Source: Verrucomicrobiota bacterium
GTDB lineage: Bacteria > Verrucomicrobiota > Verrucomicrobiia > Limisphaerales > CANJXF01
NCBI GenBank assembly: GCA_038214755.1
Contig: JBBQRQ010000011.1
Location: 12,011-76,010, forward strand
Direction: 5' to 3'
DNA length: 64,000 nt
Of this stretch, positions 1 through 10,408 are shown piece after piece. Under the pieces are notes generated by a model. That model made no database searches. It worked only from the letters and a program-made list of their open reading frames with translations, and was not told the DNA's origin. Position 1 is the first letter of the stretch; every line of letters starts with the position of its first letter. Position numbers and translations under genes: made by a program.

Positions 1-2115
1 TTTAACGCCACCACCAACGTCGTCGGAGAAACCCACTTTACCACCTCCGGCACGAGTAGCGCCGGATGGGTGAGCACCATCGCGAATTCGACGTTTACGA
101 AGCGGAATGCGGCGTTGGTGGTGCCGGCCGGCGCGGTGAGGATGCGCTGTGCCCTGGTCTCCGGCGGAGACCCAGCCATTACCGGTGTAATGGTCATTGA
201 TGATTTATCGGTGGCCCGCGTTAACTTGTTGCCCGGCAATTTCTGGGTGAACTCGGCTTTCGAGAGCGGCACTAACCTCAACCAGACTAACGGCACACCC
301 GCAAATTGGACACGCGACGGCGGTGACACGAATATCTGTCAGGTGACCACCAATAACTCCGTGAGCTCGAGCCATTCGTTAGCCGTCATAGATAATAATG
401 CTAACACTATTACCGGTTACGGCGAGTGGCGCTCCGATGTCAACCTCATCGGCAATGCCAGTCCCGGCGACACATTGGATATCCAGTGGTTTCAAATGTA
501 TAACATGAACTTTCCCAGTATGCGCCTAACCGTGCAGTTCTTTAACGCCAGCAGCAACGGCGTCGGAACAACCGACTTTACCACCGGCACGAATACAAGT
601 AGTGCCGGATGGGTGAGCACCATCGCGAATTCGACGTTTACGAAGCGGAATGGGGTGTTGTTGGTGCCGGTCGGCGCGGTGAGGATGCGCTGTTCCCTGG
701 TCTCCGGCGGTTTCCCAGGCATCACCGGTGTAATGGTCATTGACGACTTATCCGTGGCGCGCGTGCCGGTACCAGGTAATTTCTGGGTGAACTCGAGTTT
801 CGAGCTCGGCACTGACCTCGACCAGACCAACGGCACACCCGCAAATTGGACTCGCGGCGGTGGTGACGTGACTATCGATCAGGTGACTACCAGCAACTCT
901 GTTAGCTTGAGTCATTCGTTAGCCGTCATAGATAACAATACAGACGTTGATCTCGGTTACGGCGAGTGGTACTCCGACGTCACTCTCATCGGCAACGCCA
1001 CAAACGGCCAAGCGTTGAATATCCAGTGGTATGAAATGTATAACGTGAGCGTCGGTACCCAACATGAGATGCGCTTGACCGCGCAGTTCTTTAACGCCGC
1101 CAACGACCTCGTCGGAGAAACCCACTTTGTCACCGTCGGCACGAGTAGCGCCGGATGGGTGAGCACCATTGCGGATTCGACGTTCACGAAGCGGAATGGG
1201 ACGTTGTTCGTGCCGGTTGGCGCGGTGAGGATGCGCTGTTCCCTGGTCTCCGGCGGCTCCGGAGCTCCCACCGGGGTAATGGTCATCGACGACCTGACGG
1301 TAGCCCTCAATTCAGCAACGCCAGTAATACCTCCGACCGTCCTGGCAGGTAACTTTTTCCCGAACCCGACGTTTGAGGTGGGATCTCAGTTGGACGATCC
1401 CGCAGCCGCATCTGAGTCGGGTTGGACGCGCGGCGGCAATGATGCCACGATGGATCAGGTCACCACGAGTAACTCCGTCAGCCCCACGCACTCGCTGTCC
1501 CTCGTGGATAATTCCTTGAGTTACGGCGAATGGTATCAGTACCTCACCCTGTCCGGCGTGGCGGCGGGCGACGTGCTCGACGTGCAATTCTTCCGAATCT
1601 ACAGCACGACAAACGGTCCTATGCGTTTGACCTTCGGATTCCGCACTGCCGGGGGCGCTAGCTTTGGGCCGCAATACGATTTCCTCGGGGGTGACCCTTT
1701 CGGTGGCCAAAGCCCGGGCTGGCTGGGCAGCGTCGCCGCATCGCCCTTCGAGCGGGTTTCGGGCCGCTTCCTCGTGCCCGCGGGCACCGGGCAACTCTCG
1801 GTTAAATTCGCCTCCGGCGGTGCCGGGGATGTAATGGGGACGATGGTCATTGACGACCTGTCCGTGCGAATCAGCAGGCCGGTCATCACGGAGATTGCGT
1901 CCCAGGTCGGCGGCAAGAACCTCACGTGGTTAAGCATGCCCAGCAAGACCTATACGGTGCAGTTCGCCGCCACGCTCTTGAACACGAATACGGTCTGGAC
2001 GTCGCTCGCCACAAACCTGGTTTCGGGCGGTGGGACGAACGGTCTCTCGACGTCGTATTTGGACACGGCCACCCATGCTGGCAACACCGGCTTCTATCGT
2101 GTCATACAGGAGTAA
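1..2115 (+). CDS. Secreted protein (5'-truncated) with tandem ~180-aa carbohydrate-binding-like repeats and a C-terminal FYR domain
   Basis: Frame 1 is open from base 1 (FNATTNVVGETHF...). Repeats run from GNFWVNSxFExG to GVMVIDDLSV at least 3 times plus a partial copy. Ends LTWLSMPSKTYTVQF...GFYRVIQE. Confidence 0.85.
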   Translation, partial: FNATTNVVGETHFTTSGTSSAGWVSTIANSTFTKRNAALVVPAGAVRMRCALVSGGDPAITGVMVIDDLSVARVNLLPGNFWVNSAFESGTNLNQTNGTPANWTRDGGDTNICQVTTNNSVSSSHSLAVIDNNANTITGYGEWRSDVNLIGNASPGDTLDIQWFQMYNMNFPSMRLTVQFFNASSNGVGTTDFTTGTNTSSAGWVSTIANSTFTKRNGVLLVPVGAVRMRCSLVSGGFPGITGVMVIDDLSVARVPVPGNFWVNSSFELGTDLDQTNGTPANWTRGGGDVTIDQVTTSNSVSLSHSLAVIDNNTDVDLGYGEWYSDVTLIGNATNGQALNIQWYEMYNVSVGTQHEMRLTAQFFNAANDLVGETHFVTVGTSSAGWVSTIADSTFTKRNGTLFVPVGAVRMRCSLVSGGSGAPTGVMVIDDLTVALNSATPVIPPTVLAGNFFPNPTFEVGSQLDDPAAASESGWTRGGNDATMDQVTTSNSVSPTHSLSLVDNSLSYGEWYQYLTLSGVAAGDVLDVQFFRIYSTTNGPMRLTFGFRTAGGASFGPQYDFLGGDPFGGQSPGWLGSVAASPFERVSGRFLVPAGTGQLSVKFASGGAGDVMGTMVIDDLSVRISRPVITEIASQVGGKNLTWLSMPSKTYTVQFAATLLNTNTVWTSLATNLVSGGGTNGLSTSYLDTATHAGNTGFYRVIQE

Positions 2116-2217
2116 CGGCAGAAGCGCACAATTTTTTCCGGCGATGAGAACGCACAGACGTTAGGGTTTGCTTGCACCCAACCAGTCCTTGCCAGTCGCG
2201 AGTCCGTGAAGTAGTCT

Positions 2218-3102
2218 ATGAACATCCTGATGCAGAAACAAAAATACCGCAGCGAGAAACTTCCGTCGAAGGGTTCAGCTTTTACGCTGATTGAACTCCT
2301 GGTCGTCATTGCCATTATCGCCATCCTGGCTGGCCTGCTCCTGCCTGCCCTAAGCAAGGCCAAGGTAAGAGCACAGGCGGCTCAGTGCTTGAGCAACACC
2401 AAGCAATTGATGCTGGGCTGGATCATGTACTCCGGCGACAACCAGGATCGGGTCGCCAATAACTTCGGGGTGACGGAGACGATTGCTGAAGTCACCGGCG
2501 GCACCTACCGGAATTGGGTCAACAACGTGATGAGTTGGACCACCGACAGCATGAACACCAATACTCTCCTGATCAAGAACGGCATTCTGTCCCCTTACGT
2601 CGGCGGCAATCTCGGCGTTTACAAGTGTCCGGCAGACAATTTCCTCAGCGCTCCCCAGCGGGCAAGCCGGTTCACCTCCCGCACACGGAGCCTGTCCATG
2701 AACGCTTTTTTCGGCCCGTTTAACAGCAATCCCAATGGCGCCTGGGCACAAGGTCGCAACGCTTTTGCGACTGATTGGCGTCAATGGCTCAAGCTGACGT
2801 TAGTCCCAAAACCTTCCAACTTCTTTGTCGTCATTGATGAACATGCTGACGGCATCAACGACGGTTATTACTTGAATAATCCGGATCCAAATGCCACCAG
2901 CAAGTGGGGGGATGCTCCAGCTTCCTATCATGGCGGCGCCTGCGGGATTTCCTTTGCGGATGGACATTCTGAAATTCACAAATGGAGAAGCGTCACCACG
3001 AAATTTCCTGTCACCACCACCAGTTACAACCCACCTAACTTCGATACATTGGGTCGTCAGGATTACCGTTGGCTCGTGGAACGCACTGCCGTGAAGTATT
3101 AG
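2218..3102 (+). CDS. Prepilin-type N-terminal cleavage/methylation protein with H-X9-DG motif (DUF1559-like)
   Basis: [30 protein letters not shown]-terminus; C-terminal [13 protein letters not shown]. Confidence 0.92.
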   Translation: MNILMQKQKYRSEKLPSKGSAFTLIELLVVIAIIAILAGLLLPALSKAKVRAQAAQCLSNTKQLMLGWIMYSGDNQDRVANNFGVTETIAEVTGGTYRNWVNNVMSWTTDSMNTNTLLIKNGILSPYVGGNLGVYKCPADNFLSAPQRASRFTSRTRSLSMNAFFGPFNSNPNGAWAQGRNAFATDWRQWLKLTLVPKPSNFFVVIDEHADGINDGYYLNNPDPNATSKWGDAPASYHGGACGISFADGHSEIHKWRSVTTKFPVTTTSYNPPNFDTLGRQDYRWLVERTAVKY

Positions 3103-3366
3103 GCAACCAGACACGTCGGGGGAGTTCCAAATTTATTGTTCCTCTCGCGAGTCGAAATACAAACGAGGCTATCGGTTTCTTATGAGTTTTCTGTCAGATC
3201 CACGGGAAGGTAGCGGAAAGACCAACCAGTCGAATCAGGTCCAAACTTCATTATTTGACAACATGTCGATCTCGGACAGTGATTGACAATACAACTTAGT
3301 ATGGGATGCTTTTAAGCACCTCCGCGCGGCTGAAAGGCATGTGGAAGTCAGGAAACTTATTCACCT

Positions 3367-6018
3367 ATGCAAACTAGAATAGAATCGTTACAGATCAATT
3401 GGAAGTTCGCCATTCCCCTTGCTGCAGCCTTGCTGCTCGCCGTCAACTCAACTCACGCCGCTAACTTGCTGGTTAACCCGGGTTTCGAGTCCAATAGTGG
3501 CCACAACATTCCTGTTGGCTGGACACGTTTCGCGCCGCCGAATGCCCAGACCAATGGTAACTATTGGGTCGAAAGTGCCGGAAACCTCGCACATTCTGGA
3601 AGTCTCTATTGGAAGGAGTGGGGCGCATCTTATCTGCCGGCCCCCACCAACAACGTGGCGGGCCTCTACCAGGACTTCGGCAGTGCTGCTGGCTCAACCT
3701 ATCAAGCCAGTGGATGGTTCTTCACCAAAGGCAGTGACGCGATGGGACCGGATTCCTACGTTTGGGTCGAAGTTTCCTTTTTCGGTTCGAGCAGTAATCT
3801 TCTGGCTCTTTACAAGTCGGATAGGTTCATGCCCAGTGTAGGGACCGACGCCTGGTTTCAATATCAAGTCACCAATGCTTGCGACGTGTCGGCACCGGTT
3901 CCAACTGGCGATCCCTATTTCACCACCTATGCCGTGACCGGTTCGGTGAGCCAGTTGGTAGCGCCCATCGGAACTCAACGAGTCCGATACCGTTTTGCCT
4001 ACCTACAGTCGGGCAGTCAAGGTGGGTCCTGTTATCTTGACGATGCAGTGTTGAACCAGATCAGCGGCCCGATCGCGCCCGTCATCAGCAACCTTTTTCC
4101 GGTCAACCTGATCTTCGTCAAGCCCAGTGACGGCATCACCTTTAATGTAAGATCGCCCAGTGGCTTTACCATCAACACTAATGCCATTCACCTGATCGTT
4201 AACGGGGCGGATGTATCGGGGAACCTGGCTATCACCGGTTCTTCCTCCAACAAAAACGTCGCTTACTCCGGGCTGCAATCCAATCTGACTTACACGGCGT
4301 CGATTACGGTGACAGATGCCTTTGGTTTAAGCGCCAGTGCGAGCACTTACTTTGAGACAACGTGGGTGGGCGTACCTCCGGTTGTGTATCTGTGGGAAGC
4401 AGAAGACTTTGATTTTAGCAACGGAATGTATCTGAACAATCCAGACCCTTGCAGCACGAGCGGCAATCCCAACTGTTATTTTGGAAAAGTCGGTGTCGAA
4501 GGTGTGGATGAACATAATTTGGGCGCGAGCGGCGGCCATCTTTATCGCCCGGACGATCTCATCGCCACTGGCGTCTCGGGAGATTACTTGCGGAAAAACC
4601 TCGTCGTTGCCAATCGGCTCGATTACCGAATTGACCCATTCATATTCAGCGAGTGGATTAACTATACCCGCGACTGGTCCAACGGCACCTATTGGGTGCT
4701 GGGACGACTAGCAACCGGGGAAGGCTTATCCGGGACATTGACGTTGAGCAAGGTGAATCCCGACACTACAACTACCGACCTTGGCACGTTCACGATTGAC
4801 AATGGCTTGGGGTGGACTACTTACCAAAATGTTTTTCTGAAGGATACCAATGGCAACCTTGCGAATGTAACGCTCAATGGCAAGGCCACGTTGCGCGTGA
4901 CCAGCGGAGGAGATCTACTGCCGGGCTTTTTCATGCTCACCGTCGCCCAGGTCGATTTGCCCATTTTAAGCAACATGTATCCTACCGGAGCGCATCCCTT
5001 CGAGTACACCAACGCTTTTAGTTTCACTGTGACTACCACGGGCGCCACCTTTCCTGTCGGCGGCATCAAACTGAACCTCGACGGGATCGACGTTTCCTCG
5101 GGACTGGTCATCACCGGCTCCAGCTCGAATAAGAACGTGGTTTATCCCCTACTACAACCCAACGCGATCCATACGGCCATTTTTACCGGGACCAACTCTC
5201 TCGATCACGGCATCAGCGTGACGAATCGTTTCGATACCTTCAGCCAAAGTAATATTATGGTTGAAGCGGAGGATTTCGACTATGATGGCGGACAGTATGT
5301 TGGTAATTGGTTCCCCGATGCCTATGCAGGATTCGGAGCAACTACCAATATAGATTTCCAGCACTCGACGATAGAAGGCGAGCAGTTTATCTATCGTGCC
5401 GACGGCATCCCCGAAGAGATCGCGCGGGACTATCTAAGACAGAGCTTTATTGAGGTTGGCGGAATTGATTATCACCTGGCTTGGTATGGAATCGGTGACT
5501 GGGCCAATTACACCCGGACTTATCCTACAGGCAACTTCCGTATCTATGCGCGTTCCGCTGGTTTCGGCAGCTATACAATTTACTTGGATCAGGTTGTTAG
5601 CGGCGCGGGGACGACCAACCAAGTCACGCGCAGACTTGGCCGATGGAGCGCCACGGGGCCGAATAACCAATCCCACCATTGGGTGGCGTTGACGGATGAT
5701 GGGATGGCAGCGCCAGCCATAGTCAAACTGGGCGGCGTCAACACCCTTCGCCTTACTACCCCAACCGGCAATTGCTATCCGACCTACTTCATGTTAGTCC
5801 CAGCATCTGGCATTACTCTATCAGCGGCCAGGTCAGGTAGTAACGTGATCATTTCTTTCCCGACCCAATCAGGCGTTATCTACCGCGTCTTTTACCGCGA
5901 TGCTTTGACTACGGGCACCTGGACGCTTCTTAACACTGTGCTGGGTGACGGCGCGATCAAAGCCGTGACCAATGCCGCGAGCGCAACTCAACGGTACTTT
6001 AAGGTCGTCGCGCCATAG
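3367..6018 (+). CDS. Secreted multidomain putative carbohydrate-binding protein with C-terminal FYR-like domain
   Basis: Signal peptide ending THA-A; NLLVNPGFES (CBM4/9-like start); two Ig-like plus EAEDFD (CBM6/35-like) units; ends QRYFKVVAP. Confidence 0.8.
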   Translation: MQTRIESLQINWKFAIPLAAALLLAVNSTHAANLLVNPGFESNSGHNIPVGWTRFAPPNAQTNGNYWVESAGNLAHSGSLYWKEWGASYLPAPTNNVAGLYQDFGSAAGSTYQASGWFFTKGSDAMGPDSYVWVEVSFFGSSSNLLALYKSDRFMPSVGTDAWFQYQVTNACDVSAPVPTGDPYFTTYAVTGSVSQLVAPIGTQRVRYRFAYLQSGSQGGSCYLDDAVLNQISGPIAPVISNLFPVNLIFVKPSDGITFNVRSPSGFTINTNAIHLIVNGADVSGNLAITGSSSNKNVAYSGLQSNLTYTASITVTDAFGLSASASTYFETTWVGVPPVVYLWEAEDFDFSNGMYLNNPDPCSTSGNPNCYFGKVGVEGVDEHNLGASGGHLYRPDDLIATGVSGDYLRKNLVVANRLDYRIDPFIFSEWINYTRDWSNGTYWVLGRLATGEGLSGTLTLSKVNPDTTTTDLGTFTIDNGLGWTTYQNVFLKDTNGNLANVTLNGKATLRVTSGGDLLPGFFMLTVAQVDLPILSNMYPTGAHPFEYTNAFSFTVTTTGATFPVGGIKLNLDGIDVSSGLVITGSSSNKNVVYPLLQPNAIHTAIFTGTNSLDHGISVTNRFDTFSQSNIMVEAEDFDYDGGQYVGNWFPDAYAGFGATTNIDFQHSTIEGEQFIYRADGIPEEIARDYLRQSFIEVGGIDYHLAWYGIGDWANYTRTYPTGNFRIYARSAGFGSYTIYLDQVVSGAGTTNQVTRRLGRWSATGPNNQSHHWVALTDDGMAAPAIVKLGGVNTLRLTTPTGNCYPTYFMLVPASGITLSAARSGSNVIISFPTQSGVIYRVFYRDALTTGTWTLLNTVLGDGAIKAVTNAASATQRYFKVVAP

Positions 6019-6022
6019 GCTT

Positions 6023-7975
6023 GTGAAACGAACTCTTACAGCATGTCTGAAAATTCCATCCGCCTGTAGCAGCCGAGGTAACGAGGCTCTTACTTTTTCG
6101 GCAAACCTCCGTCAAAGCGAGACCACGCCGGAAGTCAGAGCCTCGTTACCTCGGCTGCTACGATTTTTCAGACACGTTCTTAGTCTCCAAATCCTCCTGG
6201 CGGTCGCTGTTCAAACGGCGCTCGCCATCCAAGCCCCGAATGGGTTGGTGAGCCGGACAGGCGATCTAAGCGTCGTATTGCACTGGGACAAGAATACCGA
6301 GACGAACCTCGCGGGCTATCGTGTTTATCGTTCGCTCAATAGCAGCGGCCCATACAGCCTGCGGACTACCAGTCTATTAACCGATCCAGGTTTTTGCGAT
6401 CTGACGGTTAGTAATGGGCAGACAAACTATTACCAAATCACGGCCGTAACTTCTACTTCCCAGGAGAGTCTTCCTTCACTCACCCAGGCGGCGCTACCTC
6501 ATCCCTTTGCTGACGATGATGAGTTCCTTGAGTACCTCCAACAAACCAGTTTTGATTACTTTTGGTACTTGGCTAATCCGAGCAATGGGTTGGTGCCGGA
6601 CCGAAGCGCGGTCGGCTCGGCCTGTAGCATCGCCGCAGTAGGCTTTGGGTTGAGCGCCATCGCAATCGGTATCGACCATGGTTGGATCACACGTAACCAA
6701 GGAGTGGCGCGAGTCCTTACCACCCTCAATACTTTTCTCCAGAAGCCGCAGGGAACGAACGTCGCAGGCATGATTGGATATAAAGGTTGGTTCTACCATT
6801 TCCTGGATATGAACACCGCCTTGCGCGCCAACTCGGAACTCTCCTCCATCGATACAGCTTTGTTGCTGGCGGGGATACTTCATGCCAAACAGTATTTCGA
6901 TAGCACCAACTCCGATGAGACTGCCATTCGCACGACAGCGGACGCGATATTTAACCGCGTAGATTGGAATTGGATGGCGCAAGGAACCAACGCCCTATCT
7001 ATGGGCTGGTTCCCCACGTCAGGCTTTATCGCGGGCAATTGGATTGGCTATAACGAAGGGATGATTCTTTATTGCCTTGGCCTTGGCACTGCGACGAACC
7101 CGTTGCCTGCTTCAGCATGGAACCGTTGGACCAACAGCTATATCTGGTCCACCAATTATGGTCAGACCTATGTTCAGTTCGCTCCTTTGTTCGGGCACCA
7201 GTATTCCCATTGCTGGATTGATTTCCGCCATGTTGCGGACGCCTATATGAACAGCCATAGCAGCACTTACTTTGAGAACTCGCGTCGCGCAAGCCTAGCC
7301 CAACGGACTTACTCCATCGCCAATCCGGGACAAAAGGTGGGATATAGCAGCAACGTTTGGGGATTGACCGCGTGTGATGGTCCAACTGGATACGCGGCGC
7401 GCGGCCTCCCACCCGCCGGACTCGATGACGGCACGATTGCGCCCACTGCCGCCGGCGGTTCGATAGCCTTCACTCCCGAATACTCGGTGCCGACATTACG
7501 CTACTTCTATAGGCAATACCGGCCGCGCATTTGGACTGCGTATGGGTTCCGCGACGCATTTAACCTCGGCGCTCAATGGTACGCCACCGATGAGCTTGGA
7601 ATCGACCAAGGCCCCATTGTCATCATGATCGAGAACTATCGCACCCAACGCGTTTGGCGGCTCTTCATGAAAAACCCGGAGGTCCAACGCGGGTTGGAGC
7701 GGGCGAATTTTGTCTCACTTCCTTTTATCGCGCCAAGGTTGCAGACACTGCCTTTTCAAACAGCATTTAACCTCGACTGGGACTCCACCACCGGCCGTAG
7801 CTATCAAGTCGAATACTCGCCGGACCTTGGCACTTGGTTTGCCTCGCCGACGGGGGAAATCCTCGCCGCCGGTCCAACTGCCAGTTGGACTGATAACGGT
7901 CCGCCTGCTACCGCAACCGTGCCTTACAGCGTCGCTCAACGATTCTACCGCGTGTTCCAATTCGGCGCGCCTTAA
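6023..7975 (+). CDS. Glucoamylase-family / GH144-type (endo-beta-1,2-glucanase-like) protein with FN3 domain and C-terminal FYR domain
   Basis: Motifs SIAAVGFGL, GWFYHFLD, SSIDTALL, PLFGHQYSHCW, WGLTACDGP, GIDQGPIVIMIENYR. GTG start at 6023 follows the upstream stop at 6018. Signal peptide is interrupted in frame by a MITE. Confidence 0.85.
   Translation: MKRTLTACLKIPSACSSRGNEALTFSANLRQSETTPEVRASLPRLLRFFRHVLSLQILLAVAVQTALAIQAPNGLVSRTGDLSVVLHWDKNTETNLAGYRVYRSLNSSGPYSLRTTSLLTDPGFCDLTVSNGQTNYYQITAVTSTSQESLPSLTQAALPHPFADDDEFLEYLQQTSFDYFWYLANPSNGLVPDRSAVGSACSIAAVGFGLSAIAIGIDHGWITRNQGVARVLTTLNTFLQKPQGTNVAGMIGYKGWFYHFLDMNTALRANSELSSIDTALLLAGILHAKQYFDSTNSDETAIRTTADAIFNRVDWNWMAQGTNALSMGWFPTSGFIAGNWIGYNEGMILYCLGLGTATNPLPASAWNRWTNSYIWSTNYGQTYVQFAPLFGHQYSHCWIDFRHVADAYMNSHSSTYFENSRRASLAQRTYSIANPGQKVGYSSNVWGLTACDGPTGYAARGLPPAGLDDGTIAPTAAGGSIAFTPEYSVPTLRYFYRQYRPRIWTAYGFRDAFNLGAQWYATDELGIDQGPIVIMIENYRTQRVWRLFMKNPEVQRGLERANFVSLPFIAPRLQTLPFQTAFNLDWDSTTGRSYQVEYSPDLGTWFASPTGEILAAGPTASWTDNGPPATATVPYSVAQRFYRVFQFGAP
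6039..6179. mobile_element. 141-bp MITE with IS5-like ends, TTA target duplication and internal GTAG-REP palindrome
   Basis: Ends CAGCATGTCTGAAAA / TTTTCAGACACGTTC; TTA at 6036-6038 and 6180-6182; inner inverted repeat GTAGCAGCCGAGGTAACGAGGCT / AGCCTCGTTACCTCGGCTGCTAC. Confidence 0.8.
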
Positions 7976-7976
7976 C

Positions 7977-8033
7977 GGAAATCCGAAGTTCGAAATCCGA
8001 AATCCGAAAGAAATCCGAAATCCGAAGGCCGAA
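7977..8033. repeat. AAATCCG heptamer tandem repeat (single arm)
   Basis: GAAATCCGAAGTTCGAAATCCGAAATCCGAAAGAAATCCGAAATCCGAA immediately after the GH144 stop. Confidence 0.85.
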
Positions 8034-8117
8034 GCCCAGGAAATCTCCCAAGCGCACAAGAAACGTCGAGGAACCACGAAGGTCAGGTTGAAGTAACTTT
8101 GAGGTTTCCGTAGCAAG

Positions 8118-8215
8118 AGCGGTGGAGGGCCACCGCACTCCAAGACGCTCGCGCGAATTGTGATGGCGCATGAATCACGCGACCGCGTATTGGAGTGCGG
8201 TGGCCCTCCACCGCT
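8118..8215. repeat. REP doublet (TGGAGTGCGG family)
   Basis: AGCGGTGGAGGGCCACCGCACTCCAA at 8118-8143 and its perfect inverse at 8190-8215. Confidence 0.85.
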
Positions 8216-8259
8216 TTTTGGAAAACGAATTTCTATTCTACTGAAAATGTCGAGGAATC

Positions 8260-8292
8260 AAAAAAAAGACACTCGCTTACTCGCGAGTGTCT
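8260..8292 (-). terminator. Rho-independent terminator of the PEP-CTERM gene
   Basis: Perfect 10-bp stem AGACACTCGC/GCGAGTGTCT, 6-nt loop, followed by a U-tract on the minus strand. Confidence 0.75.
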
Positions 8293-8336
8293 GGTGAAAG
8301 CTTGCGACAAGCCAGGCTTGTCCTGCTTCAGCATGG

Positions 8337-9203
8337 CTAGCGCTTACGCCGGATAGCCAACAGTCCAAGCATTCCCATGCCGACCAATGCGAAAGTGCCC
8401 GGCTCGGGAACAATCGTGGTGTAGGTCGTCTGGCTGAACAAAGCGTTAATAAAGTCGCCGCTACTGCCTGTGCCTCCTTGAGCGTAAACTCCCACTTGAA
8501 AGCTGACCGGTCCCTTTTCGGTGTTCGACCATGGTTGCGGACCGGTCGTTACGACACCGGCGCCACGGTCAATGAAGAACTCAATCGTATTTGCAATACC
8601 ACCGGGACCGTCGCCACCAGCGATTTCCCTGATCCCGAGCAAAATTGAAGTGCCGGGAACATAGCCGTTGCCGCTTCCGTTGCTGCCAAAGATATGGAAG
8701 GGAGCGCCACCGCCGAAGGTGACGATCTCGCCGGCATCGGAGTTAACTATAAACAGCGCATCGCCCGTGATGGAACTGTTGATGCGAATGCCAGCCTCTT
8801 TTCGAGGCGCATTGGTACCGTCGGTCAACGTTAACCGGGTCGTAAAGAGAAAGCTCTGGTCAATGTTGTGCGTGAAGGCCGTTGTGCCGCCATTGGTGGA
8901 GGCAATCACATCATGGCGATTGGCGCCATTGAACGCTCCCGTATAGGCATCGCGGATCGTAAATGAAGCCGGATTGCCATTGATGGCGGGGCCTGGTGGG
9001 GTGATGGTGAGAGTTGATCCCGGGTTGTCGTTAAACACACGGGGGCTGACGGTATAACCGTTGATTGTGGCCTGAGCAAAGGCTCCGTGAGCGGTCGCGA
9101 GGGCGAGACCGAGGACTGCCGCATAAAAGGCGCAGCGTGTTAGGTAAGTAGTTTTCCTTGGCCTTACGATAGCAAGGGAAAGTTGGGCGTGGGGTTGGTT
9201 CAT
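8337..9203 (-). CDS. PEP-CTERM sorting domain protein
   Basis: C-terminal VPEPGTFALVGMGMLGLLAIRRKR; signal peptide ending AFA-Q; ATG at 9203. Confidence 0.9.
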   Translation of the reverse strand: MNQPHAQLSLAIVRPRKTTYLTRCAFYAAVLGLALATAHGAFAQATINGYTVSPRVFNDNPGSTLTITPPGPAINGNPASFTIRDAYTGAFNGANRHDVIASTNGGTTAFTHNIDQSFLFTTRLTLTDGTNAPRKEAGIRINSSITGDALFIVNSDAGEIVTFGGGAPFHIFGSNGSGNGYVPGTSILLGIREIAGGDGPGGIANTIEFFIDRGAGVVTTGPQPWSNTEKGPVSFQVGVYAQGGTGSSGDFINALFSQTTYTTIVPEPGTFALVGMGMLGLLAIRRKR

Positions 9204-9210
9204 GTGGGAG

Positions 9211-9239
9211 ACCGTGAGATTTCCATCGGACAATGTCAA
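9211..9239 (-). promoter_or_regulatory. Putative sigma70 promoter of the PEP-CTERM gene
   Basis: TTGACA-17 bp-CACGGT on the minus strand; the ATG lies about 8 nt downstream of the -10 box. Confidence 0.4.
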
Positions 9240-9341
9240 GCCCTCATTCTTCTAAATTTTATAAAGCCGAGTTGCCTCCGGTCGCAAGGGACGGCGGCGG
9301 GAGGAGAAAACCGGGTGGTCTTCCCCAGAGGAGATTCACCC

Positions 9342-9466
9342 TGGCGCAGGTTTTCGAATCTGCTTTGTCGCTGCTGTATCGCCGGTTTCTAACCGGCAGA
9401 TTTAAACGATTCCAGCGTCTGCGGATTGGAAATCCGCGATACAGCAACTGGCCAGGCTGCGCTACG
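9342..9466. repeat. GTAG-type REPIN (GTAGCGCAG...CTGCGCTAC family), degenerate
   Basis: Shares CTGCTGTATCGCCGGTTT and CGCGATAC...CTGCGCTACG with copies at 22455-22716 and 38734-38900. Confidence 0.75.
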
Positions 9467-9595
9467 GGATCACCGCGGTGGCGCTGATTTGTTGGTAGGG
9501 TCAAGATGCGCCGTCCAACAAAAAATGACTCCAGGTCTTGACTTTTCTCGTCGAAAACATTCTTCTCTCGTCTTCCAAGATTTCGTTTTGAAAAA

Positions 9596-10408
9596 ATGAA
9601 AGCATCATCCTTCACCAAAACTCGTCGTGGTTTTACGTTGATTGAGTTGCTGGTTGTCATCGCGATTATCGCCATCTTAGCTGGGTTGCTTTTGCCGGCT
9701 CTGGCCAAGGCCAAGGAAAAAGCGAACCGGATTAAGTGCGCCAGCAATCTCAAGCAAATGGGGCTGGCCAACATCATGTATGCCGGTGACAACCGAGGCG
9801 CGTTGAGCGGAGGAACCGGATATTACGATGACAATTTGAATTGGATGTATAAAGGCTTTGCCAAGTCCCCTCAAATGTTTGTCTGCCCGAGTACCAGAAA
9901 TTATGTCCGGGCGGATGTCTTCGCTCCAAACCCTCTGACGGGCGAACAGGAGCTTTTAGATTTGCAGGGATTAACCCTGAACAAGAACGCGATGTACGGT
10001 TATAGCTACGAAAATTTTTCGTGGTGGCGGAAAGATTCGCAGGGCAGTCATGAATCAACTGGGCCTACGGCGGCAGAAGCAGCTTTCAGCAAAAACCAAG
10101 TCCGCAAAACCGAATCGAGAGTCGGCTCCAGAAGGCATCAAAACGCGGGGGATGGTCTTGGGCTGTTGGGTAATCTTCCGGGCCCCACTCGAACATGGCT
10201 GACCCTTGACGGAGATAACAACAGCGCGAGCAACCCCTTGAAGATTTACAATAACTACCCCGATAAAAACGACAATCACGGTGAGACTGGAGCCAACGCG
10301 AATTTTGCGGACGGACATGTGGAGTGGGTTAGAGAAAGGGGCAAATATTATCTGATAACCCGCGAGCTATCCCAGGATGAAGGACAGGGCGGAAAGAATG
10401 TCCAGTAA
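9596..10408 (+). CDS. Prepilin-type H-X9-DG protein (DUF1559-like)
   Basis: [31 protein letters not shown]-terminal [14 protein letters not shown]. Confidence 0.92.
   Translation: MKASSFTKTRRGFTLIELLVVIAIIAILAGLLLPALAKAKEKANRIKCASNLKQMGLANIMYAGDNRGALSGGTGYYDDNLNWMYKGFAKSPQMFVCPSTRNYVRADVFAPNPLTGEQELLDLQGLTLNKNAMYGYSYENFSWWRKDSQGSHESTGPTAAEAAFSKNQVRKTESRVGSRRHQNAGDGLGLLGNLPGPTRTWLTLDGDNNSASNPLKIYNNYPDKNDNHGETGANANFADGHVEWVRERGKYYLITRELSQDEGQGGKNVQ

Noticed and set aside
3255..3310. TTGACA-aca-TGTCGA imperfect palindrome and a second TTGACA upstream of 3367
   Set aside because: A promoter or operator is plausible, but the -10 match is weak and I found no convincing second copy of the palindrome.
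5972..6022. ATG start for the GH144 gene overlapping the upstream gene
   Set aside because: It overlaps by 47 nt, whereas GTG 6023 yields a clean signal peptide once the MITE is removed.
9204..9239. TTG start for the PEP-CTERM gene given in the ORF track
   Set aside because: The TTG is part of a TTGACA -35-like box; the ATG at 9203 is preferred.
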